This document shows positions 1 through 13,379 of a stretch of 64,000 nucleotides of DNA, one piece after another. The position numbers were made by a program, and so were the translations under genes. The notes beneath the pieces were generated by a model. It searched no databases. It was not told where the DNA came from and saw only the letters and a list, made by a program, of their open reading frames with translations. Numbering within the stretch: the stretch's first letter is position 1; each line of letters starts with the position of its first letter. The stretch is from Octopus bimaculoides (taxonomy: Eukaryota), in contig NC_068989.1 of the NCBI RefSeq assembly GCF_001194135.2, positions 48,865,783 to 48,929,782 on the forward strand, in the 5' to 3' direction.

Positions 1-121
1 ATGTACACATAGACATATATATACACATATATATGTACATATATATATCTACACACACATATATATAAACATATATATATCTACATATATACATATATAT
101 AAACATGTATATATATACATT

Positions 122-183
<62 letters not shown>

Positions 184-230
184 ATATGTATATATACATA
201 TATATGTATAGAGAAAGAGAGAGAAGCAGA
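1..230. repeat. Compound (TA)/(CA)/(TG)/(GA) microsatellite
   Basis: Directly visible dinucleotide runs; explains ORFs 105-293 and 151-339. Confidence 0.95.
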
Positions 231-1032
231 GAGAAAGCACGCAATGCTTCCCAGCACCTTACCATTCCTGTCAGACTATTCATCCCATACTAACATAGAA
301 AGTGGAAGGCGTATGATGAGGATGATGATACACTTATAATCTTACGCACAGGGACATACACGCAAATGAAGATGTAAAAAGAAGAGGAGTGTGAGAAGAA
401 AATAGAGATAAAAGGAATTAGTTGTAGATTGGTAGTAAATTAGTTAGTCTTAGAAAACAAAGTATGAAGTATACAGGTGTTAAAAGACAATTTATATATG
501 GTATATAATGATAAAAACTGCAGAATAATTGAAGTTAAGTAGACTCTTTCAGCTGAAGTCAATTTGACAAAATAAATGTTATGATAGATCAGTGGTCTGA
601 CAAAAGAATAAAATCTGTCAGAAAGTTATGTATGAATGCCTGAATAAGTTGGCAAGGAGACTATTTAATTTTATATATATTGTTCTTCAATGGCTAAGTT
701 GATGGTGTTATAATGCTAAAAGTGTGTGTCTTGTCACCAATACTCTAGTGTGTCAGTGGCCAAGAGGTTTAATCCTCCATGGCCTAAGTTAACAATTAGC
801 CTAGATGTGATTAAATGCTACTGGTGAGTTATAGCTCCCCTATTTAAGCAATAGTAGTGTGTATTTCAAGAGATTGCTATGTTGATTTCAACTCCTCTGA
901 TAGGCATGTATAGCTAAATGATGAGATGAGAGGGCAAAGATCTTCTAGGATCACTTGCTCTTGATCAGTGATTCCCAACATGGGGCATATGCCCTACTGC
1001 TGGGAGCCCTTGGGATCTAAAATATTTTTCTT

Positions 1033-1165
1033 TACTTATTTTATCAACCCCAGAGGATGAAAGGCAAAGTCAACCACTGTAGAATTTGAACCCAGAATGT
1101 AAGGATGGATGAAATGCTGCTAAGCATTTTGCCCTGCATGCTAATGATTCTGCCAGCTCACCATC

Positions 1166-1167
<2 letters not shown>
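1033..1167 (-). mobile_element. tRNA-derived SINE family A, 5' part
   Basis: Reverse complement of the family start seen at 6041 (ggcga-ctggcagaa...gagttcaaattc...gttgactttgcctttcatcc), followed by (AAT)n/(GAT)n. Confidence 0.85.
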
Positions 1168-1202
<35 letters not shown>

Positions 1203-3799
1203 TGATGATGATGATGATAATGATGATGATGATGATGATGACGACGATGATGGGTTGATGCACTTAAGTTCCAGTCAACCATTTACTGGTGGAAATAGTT
1301 AATATGGCAAGGGAGAAATAGAGTGTTCTTGGCAGATAATGTTGGCAGTTCCAATCATGTTTAAGTCTTATTAAAACTCTTCAGAGAAGCACAGCTATTC
1401 ACAGAAAGAAACGCATGCATACATGCATGCATACATACATATGTGCATACTCTGGAGTATCTTGATTATAATTGTTTGCTTCATAAGTTCTGCAAGATTT
1501 GTCCAGTTACATGTGATTAACAACATATTACATACTAGTTTCAGTTACATAAACATTTGGTAACATTACCTTGTACTAAAATATTAACTGCACCAAAACA
1601 TATGTAATTACAGAAGAGATTTTAGTGCTGACCCTTTTATGTGTAAATACATGATATAAGTATCCTTCATTCAATTTCCAGTGGATACACTCTGTAGGAG
1701 CTATAGAACAATATGTGAGTTATAATACACAACATACATATACATACATACATACATTCAAATGTCTGCTAATAAGCACATGTTCTATTTCAAATCATGA
1801 ATAATAATCTTGGAACTTATATCTGGCCATAAAACCCATTTACAGAACTTTAGAGACTATTTTAGATAAATTATCCAATCACCGGTCTGTTTGAGAGAGA
1901 GAGAGAAAGAGAGAGAGGAGGGGGTTAATAACTAACCCAATCTCAGTGTAGAAATCACCTAAGGAGGCTTTATACAAGCTGATGTATTGTTGTGAATGGA
2001 AGTTCATAAACAGATTAGATAAAAGTTAGTCTTCTCTCAGCAAATATTGCTAAATATAGGAGATAAAAATTTATCTAAAAGTTTGGCAGTTTAGCTGTCA
2101 TAGGTCTTAAGATTAATACGCAAAACGAGAGGTTAAATATCGACAAAATGTTACAAAGTAGTCTCAATGTGCTCATTTATAATACCTAATTCCATCTAGC
2201 AGCACTCGTAAATAAATACAATTTCAGTGCTTACTATTCCTGTCATTAGCAGCTGTGACGTCAAGTGGCTGGTGTTAATGCTCAATAAAATACTTCCCCA
2301 GAAGTAATCTGTCAACTATGAAGAGTTTTACTCTATGTATCTAACTCTGTCGAACACTGACACACCAAGAGGAAAAATGCTGTCACAATAGTACATTAAT
2401 CATACAATCATAATTTACCCATAAAATTATATATTTTTAAAATAAATCAGCAACGAGCTATATTTAATTATTTATTTAATATTCTCATTACTTTGGCAAA
2501 TCTATCTTTATTTCCTTCAAAGGCTTCTTTTAAGTCTGCTTTAAATTATTTTCTAATAAGCTATATTTTCTCCTCAGAAAATAATTATTTTCTGAACGCA
2601 TGGCAAGGCATATTCATCTAGGACAAGTTTCAGGGTAATAAATTCATAATGTATATATATTTTATTTTTTCTTCATCCTTTTGCTTCTCTGTCATTTTCA
2701 TTTGATTTGATGTTTATTATATCAGAACTACAAGTTAAAAGGGACAGCTATGTATTTATAGCAATTATTTTGGTTTTACAGTTAAGCTGGATATTTAATG
2801 TATTTATGTTTACTGTAGCTCTTCATATACTGGTTTTATCAATATTTTACTCTTTATATAAAAATAAAAATAAAACAAGAATCTTTCTTTTCATTAATTC
2901 CTTCTTTTATAATGTTTTATGTTTTACTTCCACACCTCTTTTTTCTAACCTACTATTTGAGAATTCAATTTCTTGTCAAGTCAATAAACCACAAGTGAAG
3001 GTTGTAAAATGTTGTACTAGATGAATGGATATATTTTTCATTCGTGAATGCAGGGGAAATATCTGGAGTGAAAAAAGCAAAATATATAAGTTAAAAAAAA
3101 ATTCTTTACAAAAAAACATAATAGTCTGCAAGTAATAGAGAAAAGTTTGGAAGTTAAATATTTCTGAATCAATGCTTAAATAATCAATGAATAAATTTTG
3201 TAATAACAGCTTGAAAGCATTTTAGTGTACTTTTGGGTATGGAAAAAAAATTGCCAATCACTTCAATAAATAGGCAGGAGGTAAATACAATTTAAGCAGT
3301 CATTCTCTGCTAACTACATATAAGGAATCATGATAAATAAGTGAAAGTTACAGAGAAAGTTTTGGTAAAATAATTTATTTTGTAGCAATTTTTAAGTGAA
3401 TGATACACATATATATGCATCGGAATTTTATATTTGACTTTTTTCATGGTACAAAGGGCAGTATGGTTTGTATGGGAAGAATTGGGAACTGTATGGCTAT
3501 ATGGTTAAGAATGAGTGATATGGTTTCCATTGGAACTGCTTTTATATATGGATGCACATCCTGCTTCAAACAAGGTAATTGTGAAGTGAAAGTGGAACCT
3601 ATTTTGTGAGGCAGGCAAACTAAAATAGAATCAAGTAACTTGACCAGGAATAGAATGTCTGCAGTAAAGTTTGATATCATGATTACTCCAGAGACTTACG
3701 CTGATTTCATTAACCAAAGTCTTCCTTTCTTCCTTTCATTCTTTCTATCCCTCTGACTATCTTTTTTTTCTCCTTTTTTTTTTCCAACTAAGGGAGCCA

Positions 3800-4135
3800 A
3801 GTATCTTTTCTTATAGTAAGACACCTATTTCTATCCTTCTGTGACAATTTAACCTATCAACTGCCACAAAACCACCTCCCCTTCTACTTCTACTCCCCCT
3901 CCCAGTCAGGGTTTTTTTCCTTGAATGTTACTTGATGGCTGGTGCTGGTGCCATGTAAAAATCACCCAGAACACTCTGTAAAGTGGTTGGTGTTAGGGGG
4001 AGCATCAAGCCATAGAAGCCATGCCAAAGCAGACAATAGTGCTTGGTGCAGCTCTCTGGTTTGCCAGATCCTGTTAAATCATCTAACTCATGCCAGCATG
4101 AATAATGGATGTTAAACGATGATGATAATAATGAT
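3800..4135 (+). mobile_element. RTE-type 3' end / associated SINE with (GAT)n tail
   Basis: Motif ggtgccatgtaaaa...gtggttggtgttagg...gcatc...catgccagcatg...gttaaacgatgatgat recurs in about 10 copies in the window. Confidence 0.8.
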
Positions 4136-5665
4136 GAAAGTAGCAAGAATAATTAAAATTCCCCCAAATTAATGATAAAATTACAACAGATAATAATAAA
4201 GAAAATACAGAAATAAAAAAAACTTCACTGAAGAAGATTTAGAAATGCCTGCTGACATATATATGAGAGGGAGAAGGAGAGAATGGTAGATGTTGATATA
4301 TAGGAGATGAATAATAATGTTAATAAGATAATTATAACTTTCTTAGGATAAGAGAGTTGATGATGAGGTCATAGGATAGGCAACGAAAGAGCTTAAAGAC
4401 ACTAAAATAATAATAATAATAATAATGAGGCTGAAGTGAAAACCAAATACATATAACTTTTTTGTATTTGAAGGAATTAAAGGGGAATCTACTTATGGAA
4501 ATTGGTGCATCAGAAGTATTTGGATCAACTATTGATTTTGAAGATCATGCTAGCATTTCTTTTATTTGATATACATGATGTAGTCATTTGTTGGTGATGT
4601 TTTATAGTTGATATAAATGCCCTGATCAACTTGAGCTTCAGCTCATATCCTTCAGAAAATATAAAGCATATAATGGATAGATCATATCCAATATTTCCAG
4701 CAACTATAGGTCAAAAGAGTTAAAAGAGAATACATAAAAGGTTACAAACTTGAACGTGTTAACTTTCTAATAGCAGAAACTGAGGCTAACAGAGCTATAA
4801 GGAAATAATTATGTATCCCATCAGCAGCTACTGAATTAGAAAAGTTTAAAAGAAATTAAACCTGATGTTAATCTGCTCTGTCTTCACAAGTTCCCTGTGT
4901 CCATATTAGGGAGAATATTTAGAAATTCATTTTACAAAATTACATCGATCTTTAAATTTCCCAGGTGGATTAAGAAGTAAAATACCATTGGCTGCAGATA
5001 ATACTGAAAACAAAGTTTCTCCCCACAAGAGAAATAAAGCAAAATAAATAACATAGACATCAAAAAAAATAAACAACAAAAGCTGAATAAACAGAAAATA
5101 AATTACTGTGTTAAGGGAAGAGAATTCTCTTTGATATTTTTGGTAACTTGAGCAGTAAGAAGGTAGTGTTTAAAAATATAAATAAAGAGAAAGCATAACT
5201 TCAATTTCCATATCTTTAAGCAAATAAGAGACACCCCACCTCTGTGTATTCCCATATTGATTACCTATATAACTAAAGAAACTCTGATTTAGGAATATAA
5301 ATAAAATACTGCCTGAAGAGCTATTTTGCTCATTAAAAAATAAATAAAATAAAACAAAATTAAACTTTTGCAAATTTCACTTGCACCTAAGATTAATAAT
5401 TACTTTAAGATTTCCTGTAGCATGGAATAAAGAGATGGGAGGAACTGTTCTACAAGAAGTTAGTCTTGTTAAACAAGTTAAATTTCCATATAAAATGTAA
5501 ATATTGAGGTGTGAAATTTACAACTTGCTATAGACATGTCAATAATTTCATTGCATTCTACAACTGAGGCTACACAGCATCTGGTAAAGACACTTAACAC
5601 TTACTTAACCTAATTACATTATGAGCATCGTGGGGGCTCGACTGGTCACTTCCAGAAGTAATTAA

Positions 5666-5884
5666 CCCTTTCGTTACCAACTCAGCTGAAACCAGTTCTG
5701 GAGCTGAGTACAAATGTCTTGATTCATAAGTTTTGAATTAAAATCTTCCACCAAACCTTAGTCACAATTTATGTTCCTAACACTAGCTGAATGATATCTA
5801 AGTTATTTTACTAAATTCTTTGTTATATTTAAAGTAATTGAAAGAAACATAGAGCATCTCAAAATAAATACAGTAATGAAAGGG
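5666..5884. mobile_element. piggyBac-type MITE
   Basis: TTAA at 5662-5665 and 5885-5888; terminal inverted repeats ccctttcgttac / gtaatgaaaggg. Confidence 0.8.
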
Positions 5885-6040
5885 TTAAAGCATTGTAGAA
5901 TTAACAAATATTTCATTAGTTGATTGTCTCATGGACTATTGTGCAGTACGAAAGTAAAGTAAATGGATCTCCATCTGTCTTGACAATCAATATTCCAATA
6001 GTTCAATCAACTGAGTTACCTACTCATTATTATGTGCAAT

Positions 6041-6258
6041 AAGGTGGCGAACTGGCAGAAACGTTAGTGTGCCAGACGAAGTGCTTAGCGGTATTTTGCC
6101 TGTCGCTATGTTCTGAGTTCAAATTCCGCGAGGTTGACTTTGCCTTTCATCCTTTCGGGGTTGATAAATTAAGTACCAGTTCAATTCTGGGTTGATCAAA
6201 TCGACTGGCCCCTTCCCCCAAAATTTCAGGCCTTGTGCTCATAGTAGAAAGGATTACA
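6041..6258 (+). mobile_element. tRNA-derived SINE family A, near full length
   Basis: A-box-like and B-box-like (gagttcaaattc) motifs, conserved body, ends gtagaaaggatt; many copies in the window. Confidence 0.85.
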
Positions 6259-7650
6259 TTGCGTGCAAGCAGCTGAATATTCCACAGACATGTATTCTTA
6301 ACTGTGACACTGTAAGACAAAGTTAGTCCTTTAAATTACAAATACAATCCAACAGGCTTCCACACAGTTTCCACCAATCAACTGATCTATCTGCAGCCAT
6401 AGTAATCAGCACTTGTCCAAGATACCACACAGTGGAGATGCAGGATCACATGATTGTAAAGCAAACTTCTGAACCACTCAACCATGACTACTTCTATTAG
6501 TAAAAAGTAAATCTCAAATGTATTGTGAAAATGATTGGCTGATACTATTTTACCTGACTGCATTAATGTTCTTAATGCAGACATAGTCATTCTACCTTTC
6601 TTTTCCTGCCTACCAATAATTTCTGATTCCATGTTGGTTGAGAGAAAAGTAGAAAATGACTACACAAAGAACTCTTCAAGACACAGGAGCCTGACAGCAA
6701 ATTATGAACAAAGCCTTATAGCGAGAAAGAAAGCTGAAGGTAAAAGAGAGTCAACTATCTGGTCTAGCAATCTGCATCATGCAGTTAGTGTTCTTCTGTG
6801 GGTGTGGAAAGACCTAGACAGATATAAAGAAGTACCCCAGTGTAGAAGTTAATTTATTGTTATCTAGCACTAAAGAAGTTTTATTCTATTGCTTAGTTCC
6901 TTAGTTAGAGGAAGGAGCCATCTAGGTATGAAAATAATATCTTTAACAATACATAAAGGTCTAAATTTGTACTACCTGCCAAACTCTTCTGATTGAGGAT
7001 AGAAATGGTAGAAGCCAATTTTAAATCTTCTTGAAAAAAATAAAATGAAAGAAAAGCATCAAATACTTCCTGAATTTCTACTCTCTTGAATACTGAAGAG
7101 AGAGATATACTATCACATAAGACATTTAATGCATGAACTGGTAGATACTGTCAATTTCCAAATATACCACCTTCAAGATCAGAGGACTATGTCTTGCTCA
7201 TATATTTTATTTCTGATTTGGCTTCTATTTCCGATTTTCCCTTCCCAATACCAATGATTTTACAGTCTCCTAGAGGCATTTAAAGTGAGCAACAGTAATA
7301 GAGAGGTTGCATATCCTTAACTAAACCCACAAGTGGATGACAGCTATCATTGAGCAGTTCAAGGTAGCAGATTCCACTAATAGGACATACAAGGACATCA
7401 AACACAAGTCTTATATGATAAAGAAAGAGTTAGTTCATGCCCTGCAAAAATGAACAACAGAGTGTGGATTGGTCAAAGCATTTGTTGAATAAGTTATGTA
7501 TACGTATGTTTCAAGCATTTGAATATTGCATATAATATCTATAACCTGGGCATGTGTATGTGGACACAGATCTGTATGCATATACGTTTCATATAATACA
7601 TGTATATGATTGTGTGCATGTATATGTGTGAGTGTGTATATACCCCCCAC

Positions 7651-7705
<55 letters not shown>

Positions 7706-7810
7706 ACCATATGTGTATAAATGTAATAAATGTAAATAAACAAATAGTTTTTTTTTTATTAGATGCTTTGAAATGTTTATTGTACAATACAAATAAATAA
7801 ATAAAATAAA

Positions 7811-8050
7811 CGTGCCCTTTTAAAGCCTAGCCAGGCTCATGGGCCCAGTTTCAATGGCTTATGTGTTTCCCAGCTGGACGGGATGCCAGTCCATCACAGC
7901 GTTACTCATTTTTGCCAGCTGAGCAAACTGGAGCAACGTGAAATGAAGTGTTTTGCTCAAGAACACAACACGTCGCCCGGTCCAGGAATCGAAACCACAA
8001 TCTGACGATCATGGTGATGACACCTTAACCACTAGGCCACGCGCCTCCAC
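7811..8050 (-). mobile_element. tRNA-derived SINE (third family), well preserved
   Basis: Minus-strand A box TGGCCTAGTGG (8029-8039) and B box GGTTTCGATTCC (7985-7996); (TTTA)n tail; a decayed relative lies at about 43615-43900 (+). Confidence 0.85.
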
Positions 8051-8291
8051 ACAATACAAATAAGAAGATAATATTTGTTTCCAAATGCAGAGTTGCCATT
8101 AGAACCAGCCATGGGACTCCTTTGGCTGGTTGTTGACAATTTTTTCTGCCTTGAAAGGGTAATTTACCCAGTATTTTTGCTGTTCTAGTGGCATCTCTGC
8201 ATCTAGAAAAAAATATCTTCTTGTTTGTATCGTGTAATGCACACACACACACTCTCTCCTTCTCTCTGTATATGGTATACACACACACACA

Positions 8292-8455
8292 GGTGCAGGT
8301 GTGACTATGCAGTAGGGAAGTTTGCTTCCCAGCCATATGGTTCTGGGTTCACTCCCACTGTGTAGCACCTTGGGCAAGTGTCTTCAACTATAACTCCAGG
8401 CTGACCAAAGCTTTGTGAGTGGACTTGATAGACAGAAACAGAAAGAAGCTCATCA
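8292..8455 (+). mobile_element. tRNA-derived CORE-like SINE family B
   Basis: gggttcactcccactg...gcaccttgggcaagtgtctt...gaaagaagc; the MIR-core-like ccttgggcaag motif; runs into (GT)n(GA)n. Confidence 0.8.
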
Positions 8456-8456
8456 G

Positions 8457-8458
8457 GT

Positions 8459-8545
<87 letters not shown>

Positions 8546-8604
8546 NNNNNNNNNNNNNNNNNNNNNNNNNNNNNNNNNNNNNNNNNNNNNNNNNNNNNNN
8601 NNNN

Positions 8605-8675
<71 letters not shown>
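8457..8675. repeat. (GT)n(GA)n microsatellite with N gap
   Basis: Directly visible. Confidence 0.95.
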
Positions 8676-9101
8676 AATTTAGAATGGTAATTAAAGTAAA
8701 TAAATATCTTTTAATGTGGTAACTGCTGATCTGAATCCCTACCTAAGGTACATTAACAGGAAGAAAAAAAAACCCTCCAGAGAGCTGGCAGTTTGCGTTG
8801 ATGTCACTGATTAGATTACAGGTGCTACTTCATAGGAGCTTCAGTTAGCATGTCAATTGGATTTACTTCTCAAGATCATTTAGATACATTTGGTGTCATG
8901 TCAACAGACAAAGATGTATGCAGTCTTCTGGCATGAGAATGGTTCACTGTATAAAGATTAGATTTCTTTGGCATATTTATAAATGGTCAAGCAGGTATGC
9001 TTTTACGTAATTCATAAAATGCCCCATCAAATAAAATTCGAAAGGTCAGAGTTGAGCCCCATAAGATCATGTTTGATAGTGCTAGTCAAACAGATCATAT
9101 G

Positions 9102-9105
<4 letters not shown>

Positions 9106-9152
<47 letters not shown>

Positions 9153-9247
9153 NNNNNNNNNNNNNNNNNNNNNNNNNNNNNNNNNNNNNNNNNNNNNNNN
9201 NNNNNNNNNNNNNNNNNNNNNNNNNNNNNNNNNNNNNNNNNNNNNNN

Positions 9248-9322
<75 letters not shown>
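9106..9322. repeat. (GA)n microsatellite with N gap
   Basis: Directly visible. Confidence 0.95.
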
Positions 9323-9323
<1 letters not shown>

Positions 9324-10777
9324 GGGATTTGTGTGAAACCCAGTTATTGATTAAAATCTACAGCTCAGAGAGATGGCTATTTTTCTAGACTGCATATAGA
9401 CACTTTTATCTCAGGCATGTACTCACCTTAATGACAAAAATTTAAAATTTAAATTGTCAGAATGGCATTGTGTACTCATAGACAGACCTATACACACAAA
9501 CATATCTACAGACACATATATATATATCATTTCAGCATCTACTATTCCATGGTTGCATGGGTCAGATGAGATTGGGTCAGACGAGAGTATGTTGGAAAAA
9601 TGTTTTCTACAGCATGATGCCCTTCTTGTTGCCAACTTCTTATTTCCAAGTGAGGTAATAATCTACCAGTCTATTGAACAAGAAACAACTTGAGAATATT
9701 TTATGTGGAAAACTAGAAACAAAGGGCCTTATGCAAAAGCCCTTTATTTGCAAAGACCACACAACATGTGAAGATACATCAAAATTAGTTTGGACAAAAC
9801 CATCAGGAAATCATTGTTTACAAACCAGCAAAAGCAACAGAAATACAAACTTGCACAAAACACATATACATTGGTCTTCTTTCAGTTTCTATCTGCCAAA
9901 TATACTCATAAGACCACTTGCCCAAGATGCCATGCAGTGGGACTAAATGTGAAACCAGGTGGTAGGGAAACAAAATTGTTAACCAGACTGGCATGTTTGT
10001 GTGCTGCCATCATCATCATTGAACATCTGTTTTCCATGGCATGGGTTTTGTATACATATACATAGTTATATCTCTGCACCTGATACATGCTGTGAATTAG
10101 TTAAGATAGGAAAAAGCATCTGGTTAGGGAAACCAAGCCAAAATGGCATGTCTAAGCATCTTGAGAGCAATGGCTCTCAATAAGAAATAACTCAGAATGT
10201 GTTGTTTAACCTATTCAACCCATGCCAACATGGAAAGTAGACATAAAAATGATAATGGCAATGATACATACATGCATGCACAAGTGTGTATGTGTATGCA
10301 TACATCTATACAAACATGTGTAGTTAATTATCAAGCTGAATTTCATCTTTCCACTCTTACTATTACAAAAAAGTACTCCTCCCCATTTCTCTATCTACTG
10401 TATGAACATTGCTAGTAGTAGAATAAACCATTGAAAAACATTCTATCAATAAATCAACCAATAGAGGAGTTGAGAAGCAGATTTCACTTAATTTATTCTG
10501 TCACAATGTTTCCAAAATTCTTAGCAATTAAGTAAATAAACTTCTTGCCAACAAGTCAAAGAAAGGGTTTCTATGTTGTAGTAAGACCTGTTAGAAATAG
10601 TAGCCATACCTCCTGCTCTGAAAAATCTATCAGACACACTGTATAATGTAGTCCTGAAGGAAAAATGAAGCAGTCATAAATAGAATGTCATTGTATACCC
10701 ACTTGCTGACTCAGAATTAACAAGCAGTTAAACAATTAGATTTCTCAACGCTGGAAAGCTAGAAGGTTGCTTTAGTG

Positions 10778-11029
10778 ATGTGGTTTCCAAAGGCCGGTAC
10801 TGGCCCTCTGGGGATGGTGGAAAAATCCAGAGCTGGGGAGTTCGCTGAAGGAAAGCGGGGTCGATGAATATAAAAACAACAAAATAATGGGTTAATTAAG
10901 TTAAGTTTTATTTATGAAATACAATTGTTTTGAATATGATGCAGAAAGTGGTCTGTGTTGGTGGTAGGATGCTAAGAATGTGGCCTAGGTGTCAAAGGGG
11001 TGACAGTCTGAAAAAGTTGGGAACCACTG
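10778..11029. mobile_element. hAT-type MITE
   Basis: Perfect 8-bp target-site duplication ctttagtg (10770-10777 and 11030-11037); TIRs atgtggtttccaa / ttgggaaccactg. Confidence 0.8.
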
Positions 11030-11619
11030 CTTTAGTGTAACTGGTAGTATATCTGTCTAGGGTTACAGAAGATGCATGATTCAATTCCCATCAGAATTTT
11101 TCTGTTCTTTTGCCAAAATATTATTTATCATTGAATTTGTTTTGAAATACATTGTTAATAAAGAATTATTTGCATATTTCTTGATGGTTCTACTTTTACA
11201 TTCTAAACATCATGCTCTTTCTTTTTTTTCTGTCTGTCTGTCTGTGTCTCCCATTTCTATTCATTAGTTCAAGACAATAACATGATAAAAACAAGAAAAA
11301 AGTAGAGATAATAGCCATTACTAGAGCAAAAACAAATAGAATTATATCCAGCCAGTCTCCACACCTCTTCAACCATCATTTCTTCTTGTGGCTTTGTCAC
11401 TTTCATATATTAAATTTTTGTCATTATATATTAAATATAAAAAATAAATGTATGACATATTTCTGTAATATTTAGAAGAATTTTCTTTTGAATGCATGAA
11501 TTAACAAAGCTCAAATCATGTCGAATATCATAGTTTTGGGTAAATAATTGATTTCAATATTCAATTACATTAATATTTGTCTGATTCAACTTTCCTGCTT
11601 TTCACAATCTTTTGTTGCA

Positions 11620-11786
11620 AGACATAATTAGACATATATACACATTATATATATATAGANNNNNNNNNNNNNNNNNNNNNNNNNNNNNNNNNNNNNNNNN
11701 NNNNNNNNNNNNNNNNNNNNNNNNNNNNNNNNNNNNNNNNNNNNNNNNNNNNNNNNNNNNNNNNNNNNNNNNNNNNNNNNNNNNNN

Positions 11787-11846
<60 letters not shown>
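11620..11846. repeat. (TA)n-gap-(CA)n microsatellite
   Basis: Directly visible. Confidence 0.95.
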
Positions 11847-11851
<5 letters not shown>

Positions 11852-12289
11852 GTAATTATTTCAGTCATAGGAGTGTGGCCAAGTAGGTGTACTGAAGTGG
11901 AGAGTTTAAATAACCAAAATGTATACACTAATTATTTTGAAGTGTAGTAAAGATTTTATTTGTTCCAATTTGCTGAACTGCTATGTTTGTTTTGGTAATA
12001 TTCTGGAAGAACTGTTGCACCTTTTGAAGCACAGTAGCTGAACCAGGAACAGGAATGTATTACTGAAAAATGTGTAAAAAAATGAAGTGATTTGAATATT
12101 GCTGGTGATTTTTACACAGTTTTTACTGATACACATGTACACACAGACATGTGTGTGTATACACATATGTGTGTATATTTTTATTGATATTTGGTAAGAG
12201 CAACAGAGTGACTCAAATGCTGAGTCCCTTGAGTCACTCTGTTGCTTCAGCTAAATATTAATAAAAATATATTCATATAGTCATTACGC

Positions 12290-12421
12290 AGAAGTGGCTG
12301 TGTGGTAAGATGCTTGCTTCCCAACCACATAGTTCCGGATTCAGTCCCACTCCATGGCAGCCTCAGGTCGATCAAAGCCTTGTAAGTGCATTTGGTAGAC
12401 AGAAACTGAAAGAAGCCCATC

Positions 12422-12473
<52 letters not shown>

Positions 12474-12680
12474 ATTTGTGTGTCTGTGTTTCTCCCCCCA
12501 CCATCACTTGACAACTAATGTTGGTGTGTTTATGTCCTCATAAACTAGTAGTCCAGTAAAAGAGACTGATAAAATAAGTACTAAGCTTGCAAAGAATAAG
12601 TCCTGGAGTCAATTTGTTTGACTGAAGGCGGAGCTCCAGCATGGCCACAGTCAAATGACTGAAACAAGTAAAAGAATTCA
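12290..12680 (+). mobile_element. SINE family B with internal (TA)n and full 3' tail
   Basis: gtggctgtgtggtaag...ggattcagtcccact...gaaagaagccc(TA)n...gactgaaacaagtaaaagaat; similar copies at 61393-61735 (+), 35570-35722 (-), 9870-9995 (-). Confidence 0.85.
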
Positions 12681-12720
12681 CATATTTTGAGTTCTATTTT
12701 CCCTGTTTGCATCACCATAC

Positions 12721-12970
12721 CTATGTGTGTGTGTGTGTGTGTGTGTGTGCATGTGTATAAATGCACACACACAAGTGAATGGACAAACAAAAGAAAGTGA
12801 CACTCAATGTATTCCATATGTATATATACGCATATGTATATATACGCATATGTATATACACACGTATGTATGTACACATATGTATATATACACATATATA
12901 CATGTGTGTATATATACACACATACGTATATATATATACATGTATGTATATATATATACATACACACACG

Positions 12971-13008
<38 letters not shown>

Positions 13009-13140
13009 CACACATATATATATATACACACACACACAAACACACAAATATAAATATATATATCAGTATACATATATACATAAATACACACATACATATA
13101 TACACACACACAGTTATGCACACACACACACACACAACAG
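12721..13140. repeat. Long compound TG/TA/CA microsatellite
   Basis: Directly visible; source of six artefactual ORFs. Confidence 0.95.
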
Positions 13141-13318
13141 ATTGATGGCATTTTCTTTCAGAGGTTTTCATGTAGGTTAACAGGTTACTAGTCTGTTGAA
13201 TGTTTTTGTTGAAGTAACTAATCTAGATGAAGAAAAATAATTTTCTTAAGATATAAGTACAAAATCAAATATTGATTTTTATTTTTTTACATATCTTTTG
13301 TATTTTTAAATACATACA

Positions 13319-13379
<61 letters not shown>

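Noticed and set aside
1682-1714. Plus-strand pseudo-exon WIHSVGAIEQY with good acceptor and GTGAGT donor.
   Set aside because: Only 33 nt, no recognisable homology and no partner exons; such matches are expected by chance.
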